Positions 1-13,185 are shown, numbered from the stretch's first letter. The stretch is DNA of 64,000 nt from Phoronis australis (GCA_002633005.1 NMRA01000029.1:512956-576955), one strand, 5' to 3'. Numbers and translations are program-made. Notes: a model not told the origin generated them from the letters alone.

Positions 1-544
1 AGAATATAACACGTCCAGTGGCAAAGTAAGACACGGAAAATTATAAGTAAACTCTTTTCTCACATGACCTGGAATGTGTTATGACACGACTGGTTTATGA
101 CACCGAGTAAGTATTTTTGATATTACATGAGCAAATCACAAAACAGTGCAAAGTAGAAGTCCATACGCCTTACATTTTATCGTCTGCAAACCCTAAAACA
201 ACCAAACGCGCGCCAACCAAACAATGCCGGAATTCCGAGAAGGTGACAAGCATAGATATCACATACACCAGGCGCGCGTCACTCAGATGTTCGTGCAGCT
301 CGCGTTGTCAATATGACGCCATATTGGAGAGTGCTTCACAGAACAAAAATGGCGGAAAACACTGCGAGCCCTACGGCATCAGTCAGGAAGTGCGGGGGCT
401 CGCAGTGTTATGCCTTCAGCCAAAGAGTTAGTTTTTTTAGTCCTGTCATTGAGTCATGGGTTTTTTGGTTCGGCCATGGAGTTTAGTGGTGCTGCAACTA
501 GGTTTTAATGTTCTGCCACCATAGTTTAAGCGGAGCGACTATAT

Positions 545-1038
545 GCGTTGTTTCCGCATCAGTCTTGGTGATTTAGACCAATTAAAAAGATACTTGTTGA
601 CCACCATATGCTGTTATCCAATAAAGGTGCTGTTTGCTAATTATATTTAAGTAAGTTCGATAATTGCTCTAATCTCCAGTAACATCATATCTAGCCTGAC
701 TGGGCTGTGCTGCTAAAAACAAAAGTTAAGTTATAACATATTTGAACATAAACCAATAGCATTTCTGATATCCTCGTCAAATGGTGATCATGTTTTTTAG
801 TTTTTGAATTTCCAAAATCGCCCAACTACAACTGAAGTTACGACAATCTATTCTTTAAATGCCGGTATCAATTCGCTCTGGGTTTGACTGTGTTCACACG
901 TGGTCTGGTAGATAATTGACCTGTCTGTTGTCATAACAGACAAAATACTATGCTTGGCACTTAACAAAGAAGCTAGATGTTATCACACGCTCACAACCTT
1001 CTACGTCTGGTAAAGTAACTGAACGGAAAGACGCCGTC
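545..1038. mobile_element. Diverged copy of the ~500-bp non-autonomous TIR element at 1361-1863
   Basis: Interior is collinear with 1486-1863 (gttcgataattgc..taatctcc, aaaatcgcccaacta, ctgggtttgactgtgttcaca, tatcacacgct). The right end aactgaacggaaagacgccg resembles the TIR of the other copy. The left boundary is approximate. Confidence 0.6.
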
Positions 1039-1360
1039 ATGGGGAGCGGGGCTGATCTCTTTGTAAGCACGGTGTGGGGATACTACAATTACACGGTGTG
1101 GGGATACTACATGTCGCCAACAATTAAGTGCCTGGTGCTTTATCGGGGGCGGGGGACTTCGGAACCGTGAGAGAGGAATACCGTGCGTGAGAGAAGAATA
1201 TTTGTAATAATATAATTTTTCATTTATTGTACATCGTAAGCTTTGCCTACTCATACAAAATACATAAATTCAAACGTATAGAGAAGAATATTTGTACGTT
1301 GGCAATTCCGAGCGAAGCACAGGAAAGGAACTGAGTCTGTATTCTTTGCTTTTTACATTA

Positions 1361-1863
1361 CGGCGTTCTCCCGTTAAGTTCTACATCACAACAAATTGGG
1401 CGGATGACCGCTGTAGCCAATATCTTACACTGACGACGGATCAAGTCCATTCTGGCAATTAGGGTTGGAGGGTCAGCTCTCTTTTGTTCGATAATTGCTT
1501 TAATCTCCGATAAGATCGTATCTTACATCCTCACTGGGCAATGTGCTGTTAAAAACAAGTAAAGTTATAAAATGTTTAAACATAAACCAATGAGATTTCT
1601 GAATTGCCCATCAAATAGTGATCTAGCTTAAAGTTTTTGAATCACCAAAATCGCCCAACTATAATCGAAGTTACCGTCTATTCTGTCCGAACGTACCAAC
1701 GTACTGGGTTTGACTGTGTTCACATATGATCGGTTATGAGCCTGGTAGATAATTTATCTGTATGTTGCCCTACCAGACAAAAGACTATGCTTGGCAGTTA
1801 AGAAAGGAGTTAGGTATTATCACACGCTTACATGCAACCTCTGTACTGAACGGGAGAACGCCC
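1361..1863. mobile_element. MITE with ~19-bp TIRs flanked by TA (Tc1/mariner-like)
   Basis: Left end cggcgttctcccgttaagt matches the reverse complement of the right end actgaacgggagaacgccc. TA lies on both sides (1359-60, 1864-65), and a second copy is adjacent. Confidence 0.7.
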
Positions 1864-3590
1864 TAATGAACTTTAAAAACCCGCCAATTATTTAAATGAC
1901 CCCAATGAGGTCATTTTCGCAGTATTTCACATTGAATTTAGACCCCATTAAAAGCGACCCGGGTCATATTTTAATTTTACAAAGTTACCCGGGTCATTTT
2001 TAACACTCAGTGAAAAGGCTTCAGGGGCACCACGAAAGTACGTACCGAGCGAGCGGCACGTCTCCTGGATATATTGTATTTGCATCGAGTGACACGGATT
2101 AAATGATAAATTTGCGCGATTTTTGTGGTTTCTCTTGAAAAAATGAAAAAAAAGTAAAACGCTCGCAGTGGATTGACAGGCGTGCAGCCGCTCAGGCCAC
2201 GCGAGAATCTGCCACTGGTTGCGATCTCCTAATAGTTTGATATTTTCTCTATCGACTGATTAACCCTTAAAAAACGCATGTAAGTGCTACATCACATGTT
2301 TTTGTATGTTTCTGGAAACAACGACACTCTTCGGCCTTTTTTGTTAGATATCGCGCTTTGAAAAGGACAATTTACCTCGTATGTTTGCACGCCAATTAGC
2401 CGTGTCACACTAGTAGCCCTCTCCAATATGGCGTCAAGTTGTCAGCTGCAGTAGCTCGTGCGCCTGGTCTATAGTATAATTATTAAGATGTCTATAATGA
2501 CCAAGTTCTGATTGAAAAATCGGGTGTCGCAACTGTATGTACTCCCAGTGGGAAGGACATACAAACAACAGTTTCTTCTTAAACCGACCCATCTTCGGCG
2601 GCGAATTCCATATCCACATTCATTCAAATGGGAACCAGCCCCAACTCAAGAAACGAGGCGAGACTGTCTAACTGTGCTGTTTATAGGTCAATTCAGTGCT
2701 CACGCGCGGGGAAGCCTTACTGACTTAAGATTTTAAGTTTTTATATTATAACTTCATAGACTATTGATTAGGTTCTAACTTGAATGTTTGCTACGAAAGC
2801 TGAATGCAATTTACAATTGTTAAGCTAAAACCCTTTAACAAAAAGTAACTGAATTACTTTAAATTGAGCAAGCGTGGTTTTACAGAAGTTGCGTCGTGTG
2901 TTTGAAAGTTTTAGACACGCCGAGTTTTTCAGCAAAAACTATCGTTTTTACGATTCATGTGAGAAAACAAATCCTACACTCGTCTCAGATTTAGGACATG
3001 GGCAAAACCTCTTGGAAATTTCGGCAAGCCTCGGGATTTTGACAAAATTTCCAAGAGGTTTTGCACATGTCATAAACCTGAGACTCGTGTAGGACTCTAT
3101 TTCTGGGCTGTCCTGAGAAAAGGTGGATATATCACGTGCTTGGTTCCATAGTTTCCCGCCATTCAACTCAGGATCAGCAGAAGACACCAACTATTCACAA
3201 GAACCTTGAATAAGTCTGCAGTAGTCGACGGAGTATTGCTCTGAACAGTCAGATAAGGCCAGGAAAGATTTACCGGTATAAATTGTCCGTGTTGCGTCAT
3301 TTACAGGCTTTATCATTCCTGGGGTGTTTCTGTAACTTCTGGATTGTTTCATCATTTTGTAAAAAGCAGACCACCGTTATACGGCTGTTATTGATTAAAC
3401 AGATAAGCAAAAATATTCTCTTTGCTATAGCAGTCATCAAAATCTCGTGTTTATAAGTGAATAATCAATTGAGTTGATTATTTATTGATCCCTTGTGAAA
3501 TACTACACCAATTACGTATAATTGTCTGCCTTCACAACTAGGCAAAAGTCTTTGCATGTCTATGTGATTTTTTTCTTGTTTGTAGCATTG

Positions 3591-3880
3591 CAGGTGTCAT
3601 ATAATGTCACCATTCACTGTTTCTGTACATAAATCGAGCTTGGAATATGTCCTAACACTTTGTCAGGAAGATTTGTTAATTTTAGCGCAAAGGAGTTTAT
3701 CCGTTTTACGGCCAAATTGTTCGATTGGACAGACGTCTGAAAATTATTAGCATTGGCCAGAGCTATAAAACAACGAAATCCTTTGTGTTTTTGCGGTTTT
3801 ATTACAATTATCGCCAATTTTTGCCGTTGTCTTTACCATATAAACAAAATAATACTGCAGTGTTCCTGGTTCTAAGAACA
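3591..3880 (+). repeat. Interspersed repeat family, copy 1 of 3
   Basis: caggtgtcatataatgtcaccattc matches 24350 caggtgccatgtaatgtcaccattc. The segment ggccagagctataaaacaacgaaatcc is found reverse-complemented at about 15643-15670. Confidence 0.6.
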
Positions 3881-3980
3881 GTCTTACAAACAGGATGTGG
3901 AAAACGAGTGCAGGTTCAATGATGTATCTGGTTCTTTTTCAGGCGGACACAATCACTTTGAATGTCAATGAAGTGGTAAA

Positions 3981-4400
3981 ATGTTTCACGCAATAAGAAG
4001 GAGTATGCACAGGGTGCAAAGCAATGAGACGCTGAATAGCAAGCCGAGTACTTCCCGACAAACGTCCAGGGAAGACGGTCAAAGTGATTGCGCCACCTGC
4101 CGTACGCGCAGCCAGACCAGTATGAGCTGTGATAATTTGAGTGAACAGTCGTCCCATCCCATAACGGAAACAGAGTACCGAGAATACTTACGTCAAAGTA
4201 GACTATATGAAATCGAGACCAATGCATGTGACGTAAGTCATGACCACCGTCACAACACGTTTCCGAGGTTGGAAAGAAGAATACGTACTACGTCCGCTGA
4301 TGACAGCATTACGGACAGACGGCGGAGTTCGCGACTCGCGGTTAACAACAAGCGTAGCATCAGTCATAGTTGTATTGTGACACCAATAAATCAACAGTGA
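3981..4400 (+). CDS. Hypothetical 139-aa Ser/Arg/Thr-rich, probably disordered protein (orphan candidate)
   Basis: Long ORF for this AT-rich DNA with protein-like composition. A strong acceptor (gttctttttcag) ends at 3942, an in-frame stop precedes the ATG (3969-71), and AATAAA lies at about 4739. No recognisable domain. Confidence 0.4.
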   Translation: MFHAIRRSMHRVQSNETLNSKPSTSRQTSREDGQSDCATCRTRSQTSMSCDNLSEQSSHPITETEYREYLRQSRLYEIETNACDVSHDHRHNTFPRLERRIRTTSADDSITDRRRSSRLAVNNKRSISHSCIVTPINQQ

Positions 4401-5441
4401 TTACTTGGAAGGTCATTTATTATCGTGCCCTTCCATAAGGACCGTTATTCTTCTACAAAGGAAGTCTAGTTCCTTCTCCTGGAACCGCCAGTGGAGATCT
4501 TCAAGACCCTTGCCTCAATGTGTTGAAAAGTACGGCAATCTTGGTCAACTTACCAGCTCAAGTTTCTAATCAACAGTTCCAATTGGTCAGTCAAGCTAAT
4601 GATGTCCGAAAGTCATGCCGCATGAACATCTAAACACTACGTGACAATCCACCATCTTTGTCCCACAGACGTTGGTTGCGAACGAAAGCGTCAATACGCT
4701 TTTACGATAAGCTTGGAGCACTTGCTGTGTAGATCAGCAATAAAAGCAGAGCAAACGAGGAAAAGTGAACTAAATGTCACTGTTAAAAACCTGTAACAGG
4801 TTTCTGATGAATGTGACCCAGATGCATAAGGAACTGTCAACGTTTTAGTTTTAAGTCGGATTTGTCTGACTTTGAGATAAGAAATTTCCTGATTTGAGCA
4901 TCAATAGTCATGTGCCAAATATGAACCTGTGGATTGCTTGGTACAAAGACCACTTCAAAGTTCCATGAATGTTCGAATTCCGTCGCGATTTACCGTCCAG
5001 TTGTTTTATTATATTGTATATCCCAACCCGAGCTAATCCTAATCCTTAATCCTACCTGTTTTTATGTGCTTATGGATAGACGAAAATTGTATGTCCTTTG
5101 TTCTGACCCCCCCCCCCTTTCTACCCTGTTACTCATTTGCAGCTGATAACGAACAAGCAAGTGCCGGTTCCTGAATGGCTTTATTGAATAGTCGTAAACG
5201 GAAAGGCTCCCAAAAAATGAAGGGGGCTGAGTTAAACAGCATAAACCGGAGATCCAAGAAGTGCCAGGCTGTCTACCGTAAAAACAAATATTTTACAACT
5301 TGGGGCATCACAGAAGAAGGATCCCCACCTCGTGGACACACTAGCCTTCTTCGTGTCGACCGGGTAGGGTTGGACTTAGTTCGACTGTGGGCTAGCTCGG
5401 AAACTGTGGTAACCTGGGACTGAAAATTTGGGGGTAGCTCG

Positions 5442-5510
5442 CATAAGCGGCACACCATAGGGGACGGGGGGGGCTATAGCTGCACTTTTTTCAGTGCTGC
5501 GCCGCCCATG
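5442..5510. mobile_element. 69-bp hAT5-like mini-element with 5-bp TSD GCTCG
   Basis: Ends cataagcggcaca and tgcgccgcccatg, with GCTCG at 5437-41 and 5511-15. Related to 22801-22936. Confidence 0.7.
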
Positions 5511-6474
5511 GCTCGGTGAAGCATTGTGGCGATGGGCCAGGAAATTGTGACAGCTAGGGGCTGCTCGATTTTCTAGAGCCCCCAAAACATTTTTAGCTTA
5601 GGGGTCCCGAGAAACCTTGGCATGAATCCAAAGTCCCATTTTTGTTTGACGGCATGATGACATCAAGGAGTTTGTAAAAATTCGTTGGGAAATCCGGCTG
5701 CGTTAATTCCCCACCCTGAACACTGGCCTCCAAATACTAAAGCGCCGTCTAGTGGCAAGTCATGTCTTTATATCTCCATTATCGGAAAGTGATTGAAAAT
5801 CAAGTGCCAATATGACAAAATTAAGGCCCTTGGTTACCATTCTGGCAGCAAGTTTACATAATTGTGTCGGGGTTGGTGGTTTTATTTTCTTCCCCATTTG
5901 TTATCGAAATTTAAAAAGTTTGAATAATGGAATTGGACCCCAAATTTCTCTTAACATGACAGCAGTCGATTTCAACTAACTACATAAGTTGAGAGAACGT
6001 CTGCAAATGTATTGAAGCCCAAGTTTGGGAGATATGGTTGAATTTTACAAAATTGTGGACTTTAAACAGCCTTTTCTTATTGATGTTGTGCGTGATCTGT
6101 CCAAGATGACATGCTTTCCTAAAGTGGTTCGTAAACGGTTAAGGCAACATTTTACAGGGAAGGCTGTGGAATAAAACTGAAGTGTCTCTTTAAGAGACGC
6201 ACTGTGCCTTTCAGTATAACGTGGCTATAGAAGATATTTTGTGTTAACATTCAGTAGTCAATGAAAGTATGCATAACTCCGTCATTATGAAGATAACTGA
6301 CTGCATGTATTCTGAAATATAGGTAGAATTTCGTAAATGTAAAAATCTCGCTAAGGAACTCGTGTGATCATGTTTTTGCTAGCAATACATGGCAACATCT
6401 CGCAACGTATTGTGAGGTATTGTTATTCTTGTATGACACTTAGGCCTACGGAACGCAACCCTGGATGTATAGAC

Positions 6475-6600
6475 AGACAGATACCTACATACATACATAC
6501 ATGCATACATACTTATATACATACATTTATACATAAATGCAAGTATACATCCACTGTATACACATAAACAAATGTACATTACCTACAAACGTCCGTACAA
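6475..6600. repeat. Degenerate (CATA)n microsatellite
   Basis: acatacatacatac tract. Confidence 0.85.
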
Positions 6601-8014
6601 TACATAGATAAATGCACAACATGCACGCGCGCACACCCACACACACGTATACCCATACAGATATTACCACTTACGTATACCTTATATTCTTTTGGTCTAG
6701 GTGTTCTTTTTTATTCTATTTTCATGCTCGCCAATTAATGTACGTGTCTAAAGAATTGTAGAGTTACCGAGAATGTATTTATTGAATTATACGTAAATCA
6801 ATACAATTTAAAAGTATAACTAATTCCTATGTATCTAAATAATTCTATGCATATTCTATGATAATTTTAATAACGCTCTCGTATTTGATTGTAGCAAAAC
6901 CGAAGCACGTCGTTATTATTTTAGTGCTCCTCAATGAACCGTATATGTAAAGAACTACAATCGTCATTAGTTCATTCCTTTGTCATTTTGAACATAGCCG
7001 GAACAGGGGACATCATTATTGTATTGAATGGTTGTAATAAAAATGTATACCCATTTCAAAATGAACGGAACATTAACTGTGGTATCGGAACAAAATAAGT
7101 CCTTGCAATAGAATTTTTCAAAAATGGCAACTGGCCTTCAAATTTTTCCTCGTTCAGGTTGACATTGGAAAACTATTGTAGCAAAACAGGGTTCGTGAAA
7201 TGTTACACGGAACATGCTTACAGGAATTGATTGGTGACTATGATAAACTGGTATGGTTCGCATCACATTCTGTATGTGTCATCATGAAAATCGCGAGATC
7301 ATGTAATCCATTCAGATAATGCATTCTTGCTATGGAACAAACTGTCTATGGATAGGATTGTGAATACATTTTGCACCTCACCAGAAACGTATACAGGAAT
7401 TTTAAGTGCAAAACATATTTCGTCGAAGTCTTTACAAATCCCACTTAGCACATAAAAATGGTGAACCTAAGACAGAATCAAAATCAATCAAATGAAGAAC
7501 ATAGACAATAATTAACATTAAATTTATATACACTAATCCGAATATCAACAAAATACATGTATGGCTGACTCAACAATAGCACACCCAATGATGAAACGCA
7601 CATGTTAATAGTTATTTCCTATTTATCTCAAATGATCCTTACTTGCTTAAATTACATATATGTTTAACAAGACTGCGTGCTTCGTTGTACAAACGTTACA
7701 TTTCCTAAAGCGCATGTACACACGGATGTGAGTGTAATTTTCCTTTTTCCAAGAACTGTAGTTATTCATAATTTCCAACCTGTATCAAGGTTAAAGCATA
7801 AAGCGATTTGTCATATTGCATGATATGAACTATGCATCAAGCGATTTCTAGTATTCAATCCTGTGTTAGATCTTCCTATTACGATTTCTTGATATAAAGG
7901 CAAGGAAATGCATGCAATATTGTCTGCCTTCGTCCATTAATCAATCTTTGATGTCATAGAAATGATAACAAAGGGTGAAAGGAATAACAAGGGATGTTTC
8001 CATTTATAACCCGA

Positions 8015-8195
8015 CTCTGTGTTATTTCTTCCAATCAAGAAATAGTGACGTCATCAAGATAAAATAACATGAACGGTGCTCGTTCGTTATTCAGGCCTGT
8101 TTAAATACGTCCAATCAAGAAATGGTAATGGAAACAAGAAATAATAGGGGTCGTTTCAACTCTGTGTTATTTCGTCCAATCAAGAAATGGTGACA
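8015..8195. repeat. Three degenerate direct repeats with core tccaatcaagaaat(a/g)gt, spacing 65-80 bp
   Basis: Core recurs at about 8030, 8110 and 8175. ctctgtgttatttc precedes two of them. Confidence 0.6.
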
Positions 8196-9116
8196 AAGAG
8201 GAAACATACACCATGTGTCGTTCCAAAAATATCGGGTGTGCCATTGTCTGTTGCCGAGTTATAACAAAAATTACAAACGAAGCAAACAAAATTATTAAAC
8301 AACGGGTGGTTTACATAACTAGGTTTAAAGAAAAGTTTGTAGTTTACGGTCATACTGTCTAAATTGATTATAACCGATTAGAACAAAACCCACATACATA
8401 TATTTATACCAAATAAATAGATACTGAAAGAAATATAGAAAAAGCTGACTAAATTAATTGGAAATTTTGACAATGTGCACAATGAGAATACCAACATCGG
8501 TAAAATTATTTCAAAACCGTGTCTTAATATATGCAATTGTCATGTCTCATAACTGTCCTCAAGTAAACAGGGATGTGAATCAAGCTCTCAGATGTAACCA
8601 TACGCAGTAACATGCTAATTTTCATAATTTTCAAAAAATTGATCCTGTTTCAAAAAAATTAAGTGGATGGAGGAAACATAAAATTCAATATTGTTTGTGA
8701 TTATGTAATCAAAAGTAAACTGTTAAATTTGATTGAAAAATGTTTACTATTTTGTTTCTATTATTCTAAAATAATTGGCGAGTACAAAAGCAAAAAGAAC
8801 ATGAAGGTCTGCTCTTCCTGAAGAGTAAAAACCTGTGCTTCGGTTTTGCTACAGCAATAAAGGGGTCGCTACCATTGCAGGGCAGTTACGGGTCACATAT
8901 ATCATGTTCTTGTTTTCAAAATATGAGTTTTTTGGCTAGATGTTTAAACAAATTTGTACCAAAACTGTTGAACGCGATTTCTTTTCTAGAACAATTTAAG
9001 ACGTACAGCAACCTCCTAGCAAATTTTCAAAGTGAATTGAAAACCAATAGTAAAGTAGTGTGTGACCGCTATTTTGCAAAGTTTACGACCCCTGTGATTA
9101 CCGTTCCTTGTCGTGT

Positions 9117-9563
9117 TTACTTGCTATAGTAGTAATACAGTGCAGCAGCGCCACCTACAACGGCACCGCAAATGGCAACATCTCTGAGTCGAACCAAACC
9201 GACCAAGCTTCGGAAGCTGTAGAAAGGGAACCTAGGGAACTCCTGAGGCTGCTCGACTGTAGGCACCTGTAAGGCTGGCACGTAGATTACCGGCTGGTAT
9301 TCCTCGATCAATATGTCGGCATCGCCGCCACCTAGGAGCCTCCACTGAAAATGCAGAAATTGTATGCCTTGGATTACTGAGAGAGGTGGATGGGTTAGCC
9401 CAGCTTGGTTTCATCAACTGCAGGTGGCGTTGTGCTCAGTTATAACAGGAAGAAGGCCCAACACAGAGATGGACAGTTAAACATATCCAATGCTTACCTG
9501 AATATGAAGAACAGTAACAACGATATTGTTACTGTTCTGGTTGCTTGTTTGTAAGAACGCCAT
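9117..9563 (-). CDS. Putative two-exon 97-aa protein with C-terminal hydrophobic anchor (exons 9498-9563, 9117-9344)
   Basis: ATG at 9563 in a good context (ATGGCG), donor CAG|GTAAG at 9497, acceptor ttttcag at 9345, and a phase-0 join that keeps the frame open. Product: MAFLQTSNQNSNNIVVTVLHIQ|WRLLGGGDADILIEEYQ...VAICGAVVGGAAALYYYYSK*. Confidence 0.55.
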
Positions 9564-11404
9564 AGAAATGACTCCGCAAATAATATCAATTTTGTTATCT
9601 GGTGGCAAATCATGGGTGAATAAAGAAAAACGAATATACAGAATCGTCTGAAAAAGAAGTTGTGGAAAGGGGGATTTAATGTTTGATATTTAAGCCGCTA
9701 AATAATTTGATTTCAGCTATTCGAAGAGGAATCCCAGGCGCACATTCCTTGAGATTGTTTAATTGCATAGGGTGTGTCATCATGGGTTTGCTGCATTCCT
9801 GTATTTATAGATTGTCCGAAAGAACTGATTGGAATAGAAATATGCCCTACTTACTGGGACACCGCGAGTTATAACCGATGGCATGGTATGGTGCTTTGTC
9901 ACTTATCAGCGACAAGCGATCAGTCTTCGCACCAGCAAAGTCACTTAGTAGCCCGCACACTCAAGTCTTCAATGAACTATTCTGGTTCCGTCAATACAGC
10001 CGTCGTCACTGAAACGTACACTTGTGCGAATAGATCAGATCCTTTAGACCAACAGCAGTCGCCTTCTTCAAGGAAACCGAGTAGACAACAAACGACAATG
10101 GATTGCGTCACAGAAACGATTGTATTATTGTTCACGTAATAAAAATTGGCTAGCAACGAATTTTTACGCCATTCAGCGCTTGAGTGGAATTCATAACTTA
10201 ACCAAGACTGTCGCATACATACATGTACACGTAGCAACAGTGCACCCATAACCGACACCTTACAATTTTTGTTAAGCAAAATATCATACCGCTTGAAGCA
10301 CGTTTGAGTCTCGGGTACACTCAAGTACGCAATACACTGAATGCGATAATATATATTTTGCCGTTTTTTATGTATGAGTAGCGCTCCTTTCGTCGCGAAC
10401 CCGGCAGAGAAACATTACTCGCGCTTGACTGATGTTCGTAAGCGACTACTGTAAAACCATACCCTAATTCCACGTGTTGTCTCGTTCCATTGGTTACAAT
10501 GACAATGTTGGTTCCATATATGCGGTGGTCTATCTATGGACAGTTCCGACGGTTGCAATTAGGCCACGCCTAGTACCTTAGTAACCGTTGCGAAGTTCCT
10601 CAAACTCAAGGCAAAAGGACGGAAGTCCTTTGCAAGCGTTAAATAGCAACAAATTTTCAGCGATGTTTTTGTCATATTTCACTGTAATTGTTGCCATATA
10701 GAGCCGCATTACGAGGAAACATGATATGCGCTACGGTATATCCGCGATACAAAGAGTCTTCGACCTTATCCATAGATTACGCCAGCTCATTGATATGGGA
10801 ACATCCATTCAGGATCACGCTTGTGTCTGATTCACACTCATCATGACAGTTATTGTTTGTCTATGTTCTCTTGTATTCGGCAAGAAGGTAAGGCGCTCCG
10901 GTTAGCTATTTCAAGCATAGATTTATGACTGGAAAAACTACGTCCACGCAATCTGACGGAATCTGACAGTTGTTTAGGAGTACATTGGCAGTCTCGTGTT
11001 AACTGTCTTGGTTGACGCCTCCGTAAGTCAGATTGCCACGCTCATTCACAGGTGTATATTCATCTCATCGTGAATTCATATTTCTTTCACTGTGTGATTG
11101 TTTATCCAGAGATACTCGATAACAATCTATGGTTTATCCAGGCGTGACGTCTGCTAAGCGCCAATTAATCAGTGATAACCATTTTCCTCTCCCCTTCTCT
11201 GTATTGTTGATCTACATTCCAAGTGCTCCAAATATACCATAAATCCATCTTTCACTGTTCAATCACAGCATGGTTGTGAGACTAAGATGGTGGTCTACTG
11301 TTGTGCTTACATGTTCCTTCGACCTGATTGGCTGGAATTATTAGCTTAATTATACGCATTAGGAATTAAGATAGCGTTGAGATTATTTTCATTACTGCCA
11401 TAAT

Positions 11405-11465
11405 TATTATCATCATCATCTTCATCATCATCATCATCATCACCTTCATCATCATCATCATCATG
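11405..11465. repeat. (CAT)n microsatellite
   Basis: catcatcatc tract. Confidence 0.9.
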
Positions 11466-11555
11466 TTATTATTATTGTTCCTTTATCTTTTCTATTACTA
11501 TCATTGTTAATGTTGTGGTTGTTATTGTTATTACTGAATATCAAAAATATGCTCG

Positions 11556-11848
11556 AGCCCTGTCCACACGACTCCCGTTTTCATTTGAATTAGAAAAACC
11601 AAAGAGGCAAATTTTGATAGCGTAAACATTTAAAGAATTTACTTTTTCTGTAGGGCTATGACTTCCATCCACACGTATCCACTGAATTCGTGAGGACGAT
11701 AAAAGTTCTGAAAACGATGCGAAAACGATGTGCGTCGACGCAGAAATCTTAAGAACAATGCAAAAAGATAAGCAACAATTTGGAATTTTTTAAAACGCAA
11801 AGAAAATGTTGCGTTTTCAAATTAAAACGGAGTCATGCGGACTGGGCC
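11556..11848. mobile_element. PIF/Harbinger-like MITE
   Basis: Left end gccctgtccacacgactcccgttttt is an imperfect inverted match to the right end aaaacggagtcatgcggactgggcc. Confidence 0.6.
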
Positions 11849-13138
11849 TAAATCTTGTTTTTGGCATTAAAACTTGTCCTCGTTGTGTCAAAAATGTGTT
11901 CTGCAGTTCGAGAGATGGGGTTTTTCCCACAGCCGTCGGTCCCCAAAGCATTAGTAACGCTTGCCGATTCAGAAGAGATTGTAAAGGGTTTTTAAATTTG
12001 TTCCAAACCTTTGCAAGTTGTCAATGGCTACAGAACGTTAGTATAGTTCAAAAACATCAGTGATATTTTCACGGTCTGTTCTTTTGAGGTCTTCATTTTC
12101 GAAGTATGTGGGGTCAGTGCTTTCTATAGTCATGTCAACATTAGACGTTTACTTTTGAACGTCTTGCATTAGAGCATCTTGCATCATGGAATTTTATACC
12201 CGACAAAGTGACACATGGTCCCCGTATATTTTTTATAACCCGTTAAGAATTTCCCATGTGTCTATCATGATTAAACTCTATCCTCGTGTGAATATATTGA
12301 AATTGCGTTAACTGATGGCATTGAATATGTTATACGGTCGTGCGCTGAATGTACGTAAAGTATTGACCAAACGGAGTTCTCTTACAACCAATGTTAATAA
12401 TAAAAAAGCATCTAACTGTCTTGCTCGGGGATGAATCTTTCAAATCTGTGGATTGGTAGTAAAAAAATACAGCAATCTGTCATGTATTCCATGGGCGTGC
12501 ACATCTCTGGCTCTCACGTCAAGACCAGGTCGTGTATGTACATGACTTTGTATTTTAGTGGCAGGTCTTGCTTCGTTGTTTTATGTTTGGCACACACTGG
12601 CACGTTTACCACGCACCACGGGTCCATGCACTAAAAATTGTGCGTGGAAGAATTTTTGCTTTGCGTGATGTTTTGTGGGCTATGACAGGGTAATGGTTCC
12701 GATTCCATGGTAAGTGATCTGCTTTGTGATAAGTATTCTATGGCCGGGGAGATGGTTCCATTACTGCCCTTGGATTTATTTTTGATTTTGCTTTGAATTG
12801 ATGTCAAGCTGTGAAATAAAGCCACTTAAAATATCTTTAAGTTTTCCACAACTATTTTTATGGAGTTTTGTATTTTATTCAAGTTTGAAGTTGTAGATTT
12901 TTGGGACTTCCGAAAGCGTCCGCTGCCAATAGATCAAACCGAAATCATCAAGTTCAGACTGGAAAATCAAGTCAATGGTGATCAATCTTGCCATTGAATC
13001 TCCATTCTGGTCATTATTTTGTGCTGTGTAACTAAGAACGCTAGTCGTCGTATTAAAAAATCAACTGGTTTCGCATAAGTTCGAATAAGTTAATTCAAAG
13101 AAACTGTCACTACCTGTGCGATTCAGGAGGTAATCAAT

Positions 13139-13144
13139 TTTATT
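13139..13144 (-). terminator. Polyadenylation signal AATAAA of the protease gene
   Basis: tttatt on the plus strand, about 42 nt past the stop codon at 13186. Confidence 0.6.
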
Positions 13145-13185
13145 TCACCACTTCGTCGTCAACACTGATACAACAACATAGCAGA

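Noticed and set aside
2166-2217. cagtgg...ccactg short inverted ends like the hAT5 MITEs
   Set aside because: The flanks gctcg and gttgc do not form a TSD, and the TIR match is too short.
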